Assembly: GCA_003971905.1 (NCBI GenBank)
Contig: RSEE01000011.1
Span: 930,001 to 981,452, forward strand
Source of the DNA: Moniliella sp. 'wahieum'
Lineage: Eukaryota
Reading direction: 5' to 3'
DNA length: 51,452 bases
Under the pieces are notes generated by a model. It ran no database searches, was not told the DNA's origin, and saw only the letters and a program-made list of their open reading frames with translations. Position numbers and translations under genes: made by a program. Shown here piece by piece: positions 25,682 through 37,500 of this stretch (positions within the stretch are counted from its first letter, which is position 1; every line of letters starts with the position of its first letter).

Positions 25682-27160
25682 ATGACCGACCACGTCCTCG
25701 CGCCTGATGCGAGCGGCCCCAAGCTCAATTCGAGCGAGTGGCCCCTCTTGCTCAAGAACTACGAGCGCTTGCTCGTCCGCAGCAGCCACTTCACCCCCAT
25801 CCCGGCTGGAGCAGCCCGCTCAAGCGCGACCTCAAGACTTACATCTCGTCGGGTGTGATCAACCTGGACAAGCCTGCCAACCCTTCGTCGCACGAGGTCG
25901 TCGCCTGGATCCGCCGCATCTTGCGCGTGGAGAAGACGGGTCACTCGGGCACGCTTGACCCCAAGGTCCCGGCTGCTTGATTGTGTGCATTGACCGTGCC
26001 ACGCGCCTGGTCAAGTCGCAGCAAGGCGCCGGTAAGGAGTACGTTTGCGTCCTCCGTCTCCACGACCGCCTCGAGGACCCGATCAAGCTTCCTCGTGCTC
26101 TGGAGACCCTGACAGGCGCCCTGTTCCAGCGCCCGCCGTTGATCAGTGCGGTGAAGCGCCAGCTGCGTATCCGTACCATCCACCAGTCCAAGCCATCATC
26201 GAGTTTGACAATGACCGCCAGCTCGCCGTGTTTTGGGTCGTGCGAAGCGGGGACGTACATCCGTACCCTCTGTGTGCACCTTGGTCTTCTCCTCGGTGTG
26301 GGTGGTCACATGCAGGAGCTGCGCCGTGTCCGGTCTGGGGCTTTGTCCGAAGACGACAACATGGTGACGATGCACGACGTGCTCGATGCCCAATGGTTGT
26401 ACGACAACCAACGCGATGGTACGCCTAGCTTCTTCCCCTCATTTCTTGCTACGAAAGAACTTGTCAGCAACTGACTTTTCTCGCTATTTTCCAGAGAGCT
26501 ATCTACGCCACGTAATCAGTCCGCTGGAGACGCTGCTGGTTGGGTACAAGCGTATTGTGGTGCGCGACAGTGCGGTGAACGCAGTGTGCTATGGCGCCAA
26601 GTTGATGCTGCCTGGTGTGCTGCGTACGAGGCTGGTATTGAGGTGAACGAGGAGGTGGTACTGATGACGACTAAGGGCGAGGCCATCGCGCTGGGTGTGG
26701 CGCAGATGACGACGACGGACCTGAGCTCGTGTGATCACGGTGTGGCAGCCAAGGTGAAGCGTTGCATCATGGAGCGGGACGTGTACCCGCGCCGCTGGGG
26801 TCTGGGGCCCAAGGCCAGCGAGAAGAAGAAGCTGGTCAAGGAAGGCAAGCTGGACAAGCACGGCAAGGTCATTGACGGTGTCACGCCTGCGTCGTGGACC
26901 AACACCTACGTTGACTACAGTGGCAACCCGGAACCTACGGCGGCACCTGCTGCCACTGCCGCTGCTGCTGCCCTGTGACCGCGCCTGCATCTGAAGCCGG
27001 CGGTAGAGTCCAAGAAGCGCAAGGCGGAGGATGGCGACGAAACGAAGGAGGCAGTGGAGACCGAAGAGGAGCGCAAGCGTAGGAAGAAGGAAAAGAAGGA
27101 CAAGAAGGAAAGAAAGAGAAGAAAGAGAAGAAGGAGAAGAAGGAGAAGAGCGAAGAGTGA
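25682..27160 (+). CDS. CBF5: H/ACA snoRNP pseudouridine synthase Cbf5/dyskerin; frameshifted, one intron
   Basis: [104 protein letters not shown] domain [35 protein letters not shown]-rich tail ending at TGA 27158-27160. Confidence 0.97.
26419..26494 (+). other. Spliceosomal intron in CBF5
   Basis: GTACGC donor, ACTGAC branch, CAG acceptor. Restores [14 protein letters not shown]. Confidence 0.9.
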
Positions 27161-28321
27161 AATGCAACCTTCTAGGCTCTTGACCAGTGGTATGTCTGTT
27201 CACTTTCTTGCTGCAAAACTAGGAGCCTTTCTTTTGTACTCTACACGCGCAACGGCATGATGAGGAACACAATAGTTGTCTGCTCTTTTAACTCCCATAT
27301 ACCTCTGCCTCTGGACGGACGCCAATGCGGGTGGCTGCATCTTGTGTTGGTAGACGCGGGATCGCAATATAAAAATGGAGCGCTAGATGGGGCATATGGT
27401 AAGGTTACAGTGTGCCAGCGATAAACGAGACCATCCACATCTGACGGGGCCAAAAATGTATGCAGAAGAGCATATGTGTACACGATCCCGTGGGGCCAAG
27501 TTCACTGTGGAGCGTGTGGTCTGCATAATTCAATCGATGTGGAAAGATCAAATCAACCAAACAGAGGGACAACAAAGCCGGCAGAGAGACTATATATATA
27601 TCGTCCGTCTTGGGGCATCACACAGAGGCAAGTCCACCGTTTTATTGTGTGAGAGAGACCGAGGGATGAACCCCACGAGTTGCAGCGACTTTTTGACCCG
27701 CATGATTACATATACGAGCGCGAATGGCTCCAATGGCAGCTGAGTACGGATGGTCCATTTGTCTCCCAAGAGTCGCTACTCCTATAGCATCACCCGCCTC
27801 AACTGGCAGTTATATATATAGTAGCAAGACCAATATATTAATGTGTGCTACAAAATACGGGTCCTGCTATCATAGCTGTAGTCCATGTTGCTCCTGTGAG
27901 CGTGCCCAATTCGCGGGTGTACTACTGATGAAACTGATGAAGAGATCTCGCCTGTAAACGATCGTACTAGTATATATATATTTCCTTGGGAATGCTATAG
28001 ATAGAATTTACCCTGTCTTAGTATTCGAAAAGCTTCAATGTCCTATGTCCTATCGATCACGTCGATCACATACAGTGCGCAGACAAGAGATGCGTATTCA
28101 AAATGTCGGTGTTTGTTTGGATCGAAGTGAGAAGAAGAAACAACCGAGTCGTCGTCGCACAATAAGCGACAAAAAAGCTCACGGGAACCGTCTCGTATTA
28201 AACAACTCAAGCGAGGCATCGTCTTCATCGGTCCTCGCCCCACACCTGTATATGGGTCTTGTTTTTCTTTCGCCACCTCCATCTCCACCCCCTCACTGGT
28301 TCGGCCCATGTGTACCCCTCT

Positions 28322-29574
28322 TCACTGGAAGGAGACTTGCTTGACGCGCGCCTTTGCCTTACGGTGGCCCTCCTCCTTGCTCTCCGCCGCGGTGGCGCTT
28401 GCCTCCACGCGGGGCTCGGTGGCCTCAATCTCCTGGGTCAACTCGGGCATGGCAAGAATCTCAGGCCCTGAGGGACGCTTTGCACGGTCGATACACAGCA
28501 GCCGGTGCAGAAGGCGGACGAGCCAAGGCGAATACTTGGCGGGCACGGCGGGATTGGTGATGCGCATGGTCCGCCGGAACAGGATCTTGTGGTACTCGTC
28601 CTTGCTCTCTTTCTTGGACGAGTGTGGGGCGATGTTGAGCAGGGGCTGGAAGGTGCACATCTCGTACAACGTGCAACCTACTGACCAGAGGTCCGACTTG
28701 GGGCTGGTATGCGTACCGTCGGGGAACAAGACCTCTGGGGCCATGTAGCCTGGAGTGCCACACTTCCCATACAGTTGTCGATTGTGACGCGTCACGCCAG
28801 CCAACCCAAAGTCAGACAGTTTCAGGCGCCCGTGCTGGTCCACGAGAATGTTTCCAGGCTTGACGTCACGATGGAGAATGGACTTGTGCGGCTCGGTGGC
28901 ATTGTCTCCATAATGATCATGACAGGCTACTAAGGCACTGATCACTTGGCGAAGGTAAATGCGGATTGTGCGCTCTGGCAGGCCCACATCCCCATTCTTC
29001 CGGCTCTTGGAAGCGAGGCGCAAGACCTTGTTCAGGTCCCCCCCTGGTGCATACTCCATCACGATGCAGACCGATTTAAGCTTGCCTGGGGTCCTACTGT
29101 AATGCAAAACCCACACGATGAACACAAATGTCATGTCAGTATACAGGTCTCCGGAGCGTTGAAGCCTTCTTCGTTGCATATACTCTAGGGAGAGGTGGAT
29201 ACGTACACAGATGGGGTGCTGGCAAAGAAATGGACCAACGCCGTGATGTTGGGGTGAGAAAGGATGCGCATCAGGTGGATCTCATTCAAAATGTGCTTAG
29301 TGTGGTCCCTGTTGCTGCGGGGTGAGATAACGGGGATGCTCTTCACGGCAAAAAACATTCCATCGGTTGAACGCTTGGCAAGGTAAACAGTGCCATAACC
29401 TCCACGGCCTAGAATGCGAAGTGAAGCATAGCGAACGGCTTCTTTATTCCCCACCTTCTCCCTCTCCTTCTCCTTCTCTTTCGGACGTGTAGTAGTGAGA
29501 GCGTGAGCAACCGCGGTGCGCGCAGCGGTCAAAGCGCTCAAAGCGCCATGCTGTTGAGCCGGGAGTACAGCCAT
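28322..29574 (-). CDS. Ser/Thr protein kinase, NEK/NIMA-like; two exons (intron 29097-29206)
   Basis: LGRGGYGTVY, FAVK, LNEIHLMRILSHPNIT, IVMEYAPGGDL, ILHRDVKPGNIL, KLSDFGLA, CGTPGYMAPE, KSDLWSVGCTLYEMCTFQP. The intron GTACGT..CTGAC..CAG joins the two ORFs in frame. Confidence 0.9.
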
Positions 29575-29636
29575 TGCTCAAGGGTGTGGTTGGTGGTGTG
29601 GGGGAGGGGGGCGATGGCAAGGAGCATGGACACGGT

Positions 29637-29643
29637 ATTTATA
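29637..29643 (-). promoter_or_regulatory. TATA box upstream of the kinase
   Basis: Minus strand reads TTTATAAATA about 65 nt upstream of ATG 29574. Confidence 0.55.
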
Positions 29644-31578
29644 AAGGCCATACGCTTATGCATTATACGCATACGCCAGAAAAAATAGGTTCTATAGGAT
29701 AGTGGTGGTGTACTAGTGTCTCACGTTGTCGACGGCTGCCCTCTTGAGAGTCTGAGATCTCATCTCGTACTAAGTGTGGGCAAAATTAAAATCGCTGTGG
29801 TACATGGCCTGTGTGCCCCCGTCGGAGACTGGAACATAGCGTCGCTGCACGAGGGAAGCGACTTATTTAAAGCGCAGTCTCTGCGAGACCACAGAGAGAC
29901 CACAGAGGCCTGTGGTCTACGGAGAGGCAAAATCCATTTATTTCCCAGCAGCGCCCACAGCACCCATTCGGAACACCCAGTTGCCCACTCCTTTATAGCT
30001 AGTCCCTTAGGGTCGCAATACACACGGGTGCAATGCTCACGATTGCTGCCCACCAGTCTCAATCAATGAACTTTTGGCAGTCATTACCGCCCCGTCTGTA
30101 GCGCGGTATATTTGAATGTGGGTCATGCAGGTGCAGTAGTGTTTTGCCCTTAGTTAGGAAATTTCCAGAAAAGTTGAATACGAAAAGCATTCCGATCAAA
30201 AATGGGCAGAGGAAGCGCGAGTCCATGGACAATGCAGCATAAGACAACCCGTCCAAGTCGTATTACCCTCTGATCGGTAAGATTCGAGAAAAAAGTTGAA
30301 GGGCAGAGGCACATTAAAGATGAGGATATTCAAATGTAACCGAGAGAGCGTCAGTAGTGTTCCCAGAAATTTGCTGTGGCAGACGAGGTACAGGTAGCGC
30401 AAGAATAGGAAAAGAACCAGTGGAACCCCTTGTCGTATCCTTTTGCGCCCAAAACGACAGAGGACATGGAGATCTCCAGAGGGCGATCCTCGTTGGGAAG
30501 CACATCGTCCTTACCTAAGGTTTGGCATACAATAAGGCCAACCCCCGACGTAGCTCACCACACCGTCGAGACCGCGCCAGAAGAGCCAATCTTGTTGTCA
30601 AGGATAAAGAAGGGCACCTTGGCAAGCTTCCCGATGGCAAGAAGCCATTCGAGCTTTGTATGGCGCTCTCCAAGGGGATAATGTCGGAGGAAACAACCAT
30701 GCAGACGGTACCAACAGTAGCGCCGTCGACCTCGTGCAAGTAGTCCATCCACGCACCCGGGGCGCTTGCACGTGACGCGCCCAAGTCGTAGGCCGCGATG
30801 CATATACACTCAACCAACCCAAAAGGTACGAAAAAGTAATTGGATGGAGTGTGGCTCAGGGTGTGGCGAGGTAAGCATTCTTCATCATGTGCCGCAGCTT
30901 CGTCTTATTGCTGGCATCGCCCACGTCAAGGAAGAGGTCCTTGGCCGTCTTAGGTTTGGTGTACCAAACGCAAATTAAAGCGGAGGGAAAGCGTGTCTTA
31001 CATATACAGCGAACGTGTGCCTCCTCGTCCACATCGCACTATCAGACAGAAGGGGATAGCAAACCACACCCATAGCACCCAGTCGAGGGAAACCATGGCC
31101 AACGGTAGACGGCAGACGTTGACAGTGGCGGATCGCAGATGCTGCTCTCTGTCGTGAGGTGGTGGGGGTGCCTATTAAGCTTCAGCCCCACTCCTGGCGG
31201 GGAAGGGCCGCATATATGGAAACGCGATTACACTTTCAATCTTTTCTGTTCTGCCATCGATGCCATCTGGACTTTGGGAGAGGCCAGTGCTCCTCCCCAG
31301 CAACACAGTGGGATCAACACGAGTAGGTCAGTGCAATAGACAGTTGATCTTGGTTGGACCTCAGGAGGCCGTATGGACAAAGCTGCGGTACAGGTACATT
31401 CAAGCATGAGACGAGACCTTGTGGATTCATTTTGGCATTTAATACGTTTTGCACCGCCAGCCAATTGGCCAGAGGCCAGCACAGGTGGCGGAGCGTGCCC
31501 GCACCAGCACTTGCTATTGCGGCGGGGGGGGTAAGGGCAAAGGAGAGAACAGGCGATAGAAAGGGAGTGTGGGCCCTC

Positions 31579-34500
31579 CTAGCTAAGGGGGACATAGCGA
31601 CGGTTCAGAGGCTTTTTCTTGTTGCGCCCCGCACGCGGCGGCCCAGGCGTCGGCTCACCCGGCGCTGTGGACGGGGTAGGGGTCTGCGTGCCCGGAGTAG
31701 GCGTCGCTGAGGACGAAGGCGGCCCCGAGCCGGCGGTAGAGGCAGGTGCGGACTTGGCCGCCGGGCCAGCAGCGGAGCTGGTGTTTGTGGGGGCTGAAGA
31801 GCCGCATGGTCTTCCCTCCTGCCAAAGAGGAAGTAGCACGAGGAGGACCTGAAGGAGTGGCGCCGTCATGGCCGGCGGGCGCGCGCCGGCCGGCGTCCCA
31901 ACCCTTGTCGCTGGCTCGGACTTGGGCACTGACTTGCCCGGTCCACGGGGCGGGGCGGGGTAGCCGAGGTAGCGACTTCGTCTTCCTGTCCGGGCTTGAT
32001 CCAGCGCTTGAGTTCCTTGTCGTAGTACCTCGTCTTCTCCCTCCCAGATGAGCCTTGTACACTGGCTTGCCATCCTCCGTCATGTTTTGCTTTTTGGTAA
32101 ACAGGCGACTCAGCCATCCTCCCCGTTCTTGGCCTTTTCCTCAGCTTCACGCGCCTTGGCGGCCTCCTCCGCCTTTTTCTGTTCGGCCTTCGCATCCTTA
32201 TCCTGGCTGCTGTTGGCAGCGTTGCCTAGGCCCAGGTCGTCATCGTCCTCCTCCTCCCGCTCTTCATGCTGAGGCTCAGATGAAGATGCTACGCCAAAGT
32301 CCGGCACGGCTGCCATCTGCGCAGGAAACCGTCCGAGTTGGGCTCGGCATTCTCGCCGTCCATGGGCGCATCCTCGTACTCGTCGACCGAGCCTGACAAT
32401 GGAGTCTCCTCTGCAGCTGTCAACGCGGTTTCGTGGCCCGTTGACGAAGGTTGAGGTTGAGGTGTCTCAGCTCGGTCATCCGGCACAACCGTCAAATCGT
32501 TCTCCATGGGGTGCGAATCGGGCCCGAGAGCATACGCATCCGGTTGATCTTCTGTCCAAACTCCCGTCTGAGGTGCCGGCGCATAAGGGTCGACTTCTGC
32601 CTGCCCAGCATCAGCTCCCGGCGCATACGGGTCACCTGCCGTCTCACCCGCATCAGCTCCTGGCGCGTAAGGGTCCATCGCCGATTGGCCCCACTGGGGA
32701 GCATACGGATCAACGGCCGACGCGCCTGGGGCGTACGGGCTAGGGCTCGTAGCACGGGAGGGCCCAGCCGTGTGGAAGGGTGTGACGGACGATTCAGTCG
32801 CCATAGTCGAACGACCCAACTCCGACGGGCGAGGAGGTGCACCTAGAGGCGTGAGGAGAAGGTTGGGATGGTGCACCGATTGAGCTGACGGTGCCGGCTG
32901 GTACGGTGAGGGCGCGCGCAGGCTAAGTGCGGAAGGAGCGCGCTCGGGTGCCCCCACAGCCTCGGGAGTGATGGCACTAAAGTGAGAGAAGGGGCCAATC
33001 TCCTCAGACTCCTCCTTGGGGCCAGCCTTGTCGGCTTCCGTGGGGGAAGTCTGCTCGTCGTCACCAGCGATGAACTTGGTCAAGAAGCCCTCCAGGGCGC
33101 CACCCATCCCATCCATAGTCGGGCGCTGGATCTTGGTTGTCCAAGACGACTTGCCTTGGGAGTGGGGGGCAAAGAGCATCGATGCCTCTTTAAGTTGCTC
33201 AAGCAGCGTCACATGGTAGTACCCTCCACCGGGTTGAGGCGCGCCAGGGGGAATGGACTTGGCGGGCGCAGCCGCTTTGATAGCAGTGGAGATGGCGTCG
33301 CAATACTTGCTGGCGGCGGCCGTCTCACCTGCTTCCGCAAGCTGATACGCATGTAAAAGCTTGTATGCTTGCAGGTGCGGGAGACCTGCAAACGGTTCTG
33401 CCCCTTTAGGTGCAGGCGCGAGTGACAACGCAAATTCGACGATTTCGGTGAGGTAAATGTGGTCGACGTTGCGACGGAAACAGAAGTCCTGTAGCGGGTT
33501 GTCCGAGCCAATGAGCGTGATGCGGGCCCCTTGCTCAGCATTACCGAACACAATCTGGGGAGGTGCGAGAAGGTACAAGAACTGGGCAGCAACAAAGCGC
33601 CCTGCGCACGCAGACCATCGCCCATGGCGAGTAAAGATGAGGTGTCTCCCTTGGCGCGAGTGCTGAGGATCAGAGCAGCGGCAGCGGGCCAAACGGCATG
33701 GGCATCCTCTCCCAAGCATTGGTGCGAGAAAAAGTCTTCACCCATCCGGGGTTTTGACCAGCAAGGTGCGAGTAGGCCACTTGGAGGTCTGCCTGGCTCA
33801 AACGCAGATTGGGACTCAAGTTCACCGTCACGCCGTCGCGCCCGTCGCGGCCGCGACAGCCGAATTGGCGGCACTACTGCGACGCGAGCCCATAAAGCGG
33901 GTTGAGGGGGCTCCAGCGCATCATCCTCGGGTGCCGACCGTCCATCAGGCCGTGTGAGATGAATTTTTCCACCGTCTCACGCCAAATATCCTTGTCGAGT
34001 GACGAAGCAATTACCAGCGCGTGGTCAAACAGGCCGGCATTGACGGCCAGAGTAAGAGCATCGCGCCGCTGGCCATGCATCAAAAGACCTTCCAACTCGG
34101 CCAAGACAGTAGCATGGGAACCCTGCTCGTCGGATACCAGCTTATTGACATTGTGTCCGTTCAAAGCCAAGGTGGGAGCACCGGGGCTGTAGAACCAATC
34201 GCTGGGGCGGCTGAGGCGGGCACTGCTTGTCGCCGACTGACTGCTGCTTCTCGGAGCAAGCCAGCGACTGCATCATCAAACGCAGTTCTGTTCACCAAAA
34301 AGGTTAGATCAACTCGGTGTTGCTCAATCAGAGGGGAATACGTACGGATTGGCCACACCGCCATCGTGTTGGAGGAGAATGACGATGATCTGAAGAAGCA
34401 AGATGCGATCCTCCATCAAATCAGCCTCGCTAACCCCCTCCGGCGAAGGCTCATGTTGGACTACCGTGGGGGGCGGGGGTAGCAGCGCGACTCCGAGGCA

Positions 34501-37500
34501 TGCTACGTGCGGACGATGAGTGGGAGCGAGATACTGCACCGCCTTCTTTGCCTCGTCAACCTTGCCTTCAGGCAATTGCATCAGGCAGCCTTCTTGGCCT
34601 TGATGTGGCGCCACCAGCGCCCGTGGCACGAGACAGGGCTCCTGAAGGCGCAGGACGCTCAAAGGGAGGAGTCGTTATGTCGTCCAGGTCGAACAGTCGA
34701 CCGTACGAACGAAGAGCCAGGAAGGAATTCACGCATCTGATGGATGTGCGCCAGCGTACCCTTGCCCATACCCGACGGCAAGGCAGCACCAGGGAAGACG
34801 GTAACCACCTGGCCGGCGGGACCAAATGATACGATGGGCCGTGGGCGGCGATGCTCCTCCAACACATCCGGAAGACCTTGAGCAGCATACCCGTGAGGGG
34901 CATAGTCACCGCCGCCATACATATCATATCCTGCCGCGCCAGCTTCACCGGCAGGAGGGTAGCCATCGTATCCACCAGCTCCAAGCTCGCGCGATTGGTC
35001 CTCGTACCCGCCATAGCCTTGGCCTTGATACGCATCGACTGGCGCGTACGGATCCGCCGGGGCATAAGGATCAACAGGTGCATATGGGTCTTGTGCACCA
35101 CCGTAAGGATCCGCAGATGCATACCCATCCTGCGCGCCAACTGCGGCCGCTTGGGTGTCGGGTGCGTAATCGTCCATCGCCACCGATTCGTCCAGCACTG
35201 GGCTGGCTTGTTGCTGACCCTCGGGGGCATAAGCGCCTGCTTCGGCGCCATATCCATCTTGGACGTCGTACAACCCCTCCTGGGCCGCATACTCTTGTTG
35301 GGGTGCATACTGGTCCTCTTGCGTCGCGTACTGGCCATCTTGATCAGTGTATGCGGGGTCGGGGTACCCTTCCTCGGCACCATACTCCCCCTCTTGACCC
35401 ATGGGCTGGCCATCATGAGGATAGCTTTGCGCGTCCTGAGGATACTCTTCCTGCTGGGTGTATTGCTCCGGTTGGTAGTGCTCGCCATACCCTGCGACTG
35501 GAGCCGACGCGCGTGCGTTCTGCTCCTCGGATGCAGCCGGGGCATAGGCCTGCTCCGTATCCTGTGGGGCATACGGATCATACGCTTCCTGTGACGCTTG
35601 AGCTGCCAAGTCGTAGACTCCCTCAGTCTTGGGCTCACCCTCCGTAGGAGCAGCAAGATCAGTCCCTTCCCTGGTTTCATACTCGCCTTCTTGTGCGTAC
35701 TCGCCTTCTTGCGCATATTGGCCGTCTTGGTACTCACCCTGCTGTACAGCGTACTCGCCATATTGAGGCGCATACTCGCCCTCTTGCGCATATTGACCCT
35801 CTTGAGGTGCGTACTGGCCATCTTGAGCAGCATACTCACCCTCTTGAGCAGCATACTCACCCTCTTGAGCAGCATACTCACCCTCTTGAGCAGCATACTC
35901 GCCCTCTTGGAGAGCATACTCCCCATTTTGAGGAGCATATTCGCCCTCTTGGGCGTACTGCCCCTCTTGAGAATACTCGCCCTGCTGAGGAACATACTCG
36001 TCCCCTTGAGCATACTGATCGTCTTGAGGATACTCATCCTGTTGAGGGGCGTACTCGCCATCTTGAGGAGCATACTCGCCATCTTGAGTAGCGTGTTGGC
36101 CATCTTGAGGAGCGTACTCGCCATCTTGAGGAGCATACTCGCCATCTTGAGGAGCATACTCGCCATCTTGAGCAGGATACTCGCCTTGTTGTCCAGCATA
36201 CCCTTCCTCAGCACCGTACGCATCTTCCGCATACTCCTGCCCGGGGACAGGCGCAGCCTCCGCTTCGTACTCATACGGCTGGGTATAAGGAGAAGCGACG
36301 GGGAAGGGAGCAGGAGGTGCCGTGGCGTAGTCTTCGTCGGGTCCCAGATGCTCCTGCTCGGGTTGAGCCGCTGGATCATACCCTTCGGTAGGTGCATATT
36401 CTGCCCCATACTCTGTCGCATACTGTGCGTCTTCGGTAGTGTAAGGCTGCTGTTGGTCGGCGGCGTGCTCGCCTTCGGCCGGGTACTGGCCTTGAGCAAG
36501 ATACTCCTCCTCGGTGGCATACTGCTCACCCTCAGGTGCATATCTGTCCTTCAGGTGCGTACTGTTCACCCTCAGGCGCATACTGCTCACCTTCGGGTGC
36601 GTACTGCTCGCTCTCAGTAGCGTGCTGTTGGTATTCAGGAGCGTACACGTCTTGGCCCTCACCAGTGTATGCGGTGGGCGTACGGGTCCTGTGATGCTTG
36701 GGCAGCGTACTTTGACCATCAGTGGCGTAGTCGTAGGACTGCACACCATCAGTAGCGTACGTTGGCTCCCCGGGAGTAGGGTAGGCTTGTTCCTCACCAG
36801 TAGGGTAAGTACCTTGCTGAGCATACGCGTCCGGTTGGTATTCACCCTGCTCGTACGGAGCCGAATCCACGGGGTGCGCATGCTCCGCGAGATACTCGGT
36901 CGTTTCTTCACTTTCGCCTACGGGCGAAGGGATGACGGTAGCAAGCGAATGCGAGGCTGTCAGCGACGGCGCAGGCTCCTGCGGCGGGGGCAAGTTGAAC
37001 CCAGTAATCGACGTGCCAATAGTCGTGTTGCTTGTGGTCGATGTGACGGACCCTTGGCGCGGGCGACTGGTTGGCGGGGGCATGGGGCCACGCTGCCCAG
37101 CGACGGAGGAGCTGCAGGCTGCCCAGGCGGCGACGGAACGGAACCTGTCGCTTGGCCGGCATGGGAGGCGACAATGCTGCCAAAGATAACGGGGATCGAA
37201 CAGACACGAGGCCGCCGTTTGGGACGAGGAAGGTGCTTCGGAGGGAGCGGTGGGCACACTAGTCATCAGTGCCGCGGACTCTGCGGCCGGTGGCGCCTGG
37301 GGTGGGGCTGAGGGAGCCGAACCAGCCTCGGGCACGGGACGTGCTTGAGGGGTACGTTCCTGCGGTGCGATCGGAGCCGAAGGAGGTTGCGTTCCAGGAG
37401 GAGGTAAGACCCTCTTTCCCCCTCTGAGCGGGGCGCGAGCGCCACCCCTCGCACCGCGACCGGGAGGCGGGCCTCCGCGAGAGGGAGGACCACGCGGAGG

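Noticed and set aside
27060..27160. Purine-only repeat tract
   Set aside because: It encodes the well-known KKE/D tail of Cbf5.
30300..31000. Short coding-looking ORFs between the kinase and SEC16
   Set aside because: Multiple stops and no recognisable motif in any frame, so no call can be supported.
34568..36541. 657-aa minus ORF with (ASMLLKM)n repeats
   Set aside because: Alternative frame of the same SEC16 repeat. The EYAPQ frame is the one continuous with the conserved Sec16 domain.
35598..36620. + strand 340-aa ORF of amphipathic LRSILAI/LSSILTL heptads resembling a membrane or antimicrobial repeat protein
   Set aside because: It is the antisense shadow of the SEC16 coding repeat. 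A stop-free repeat unit yields open frames on both strands.
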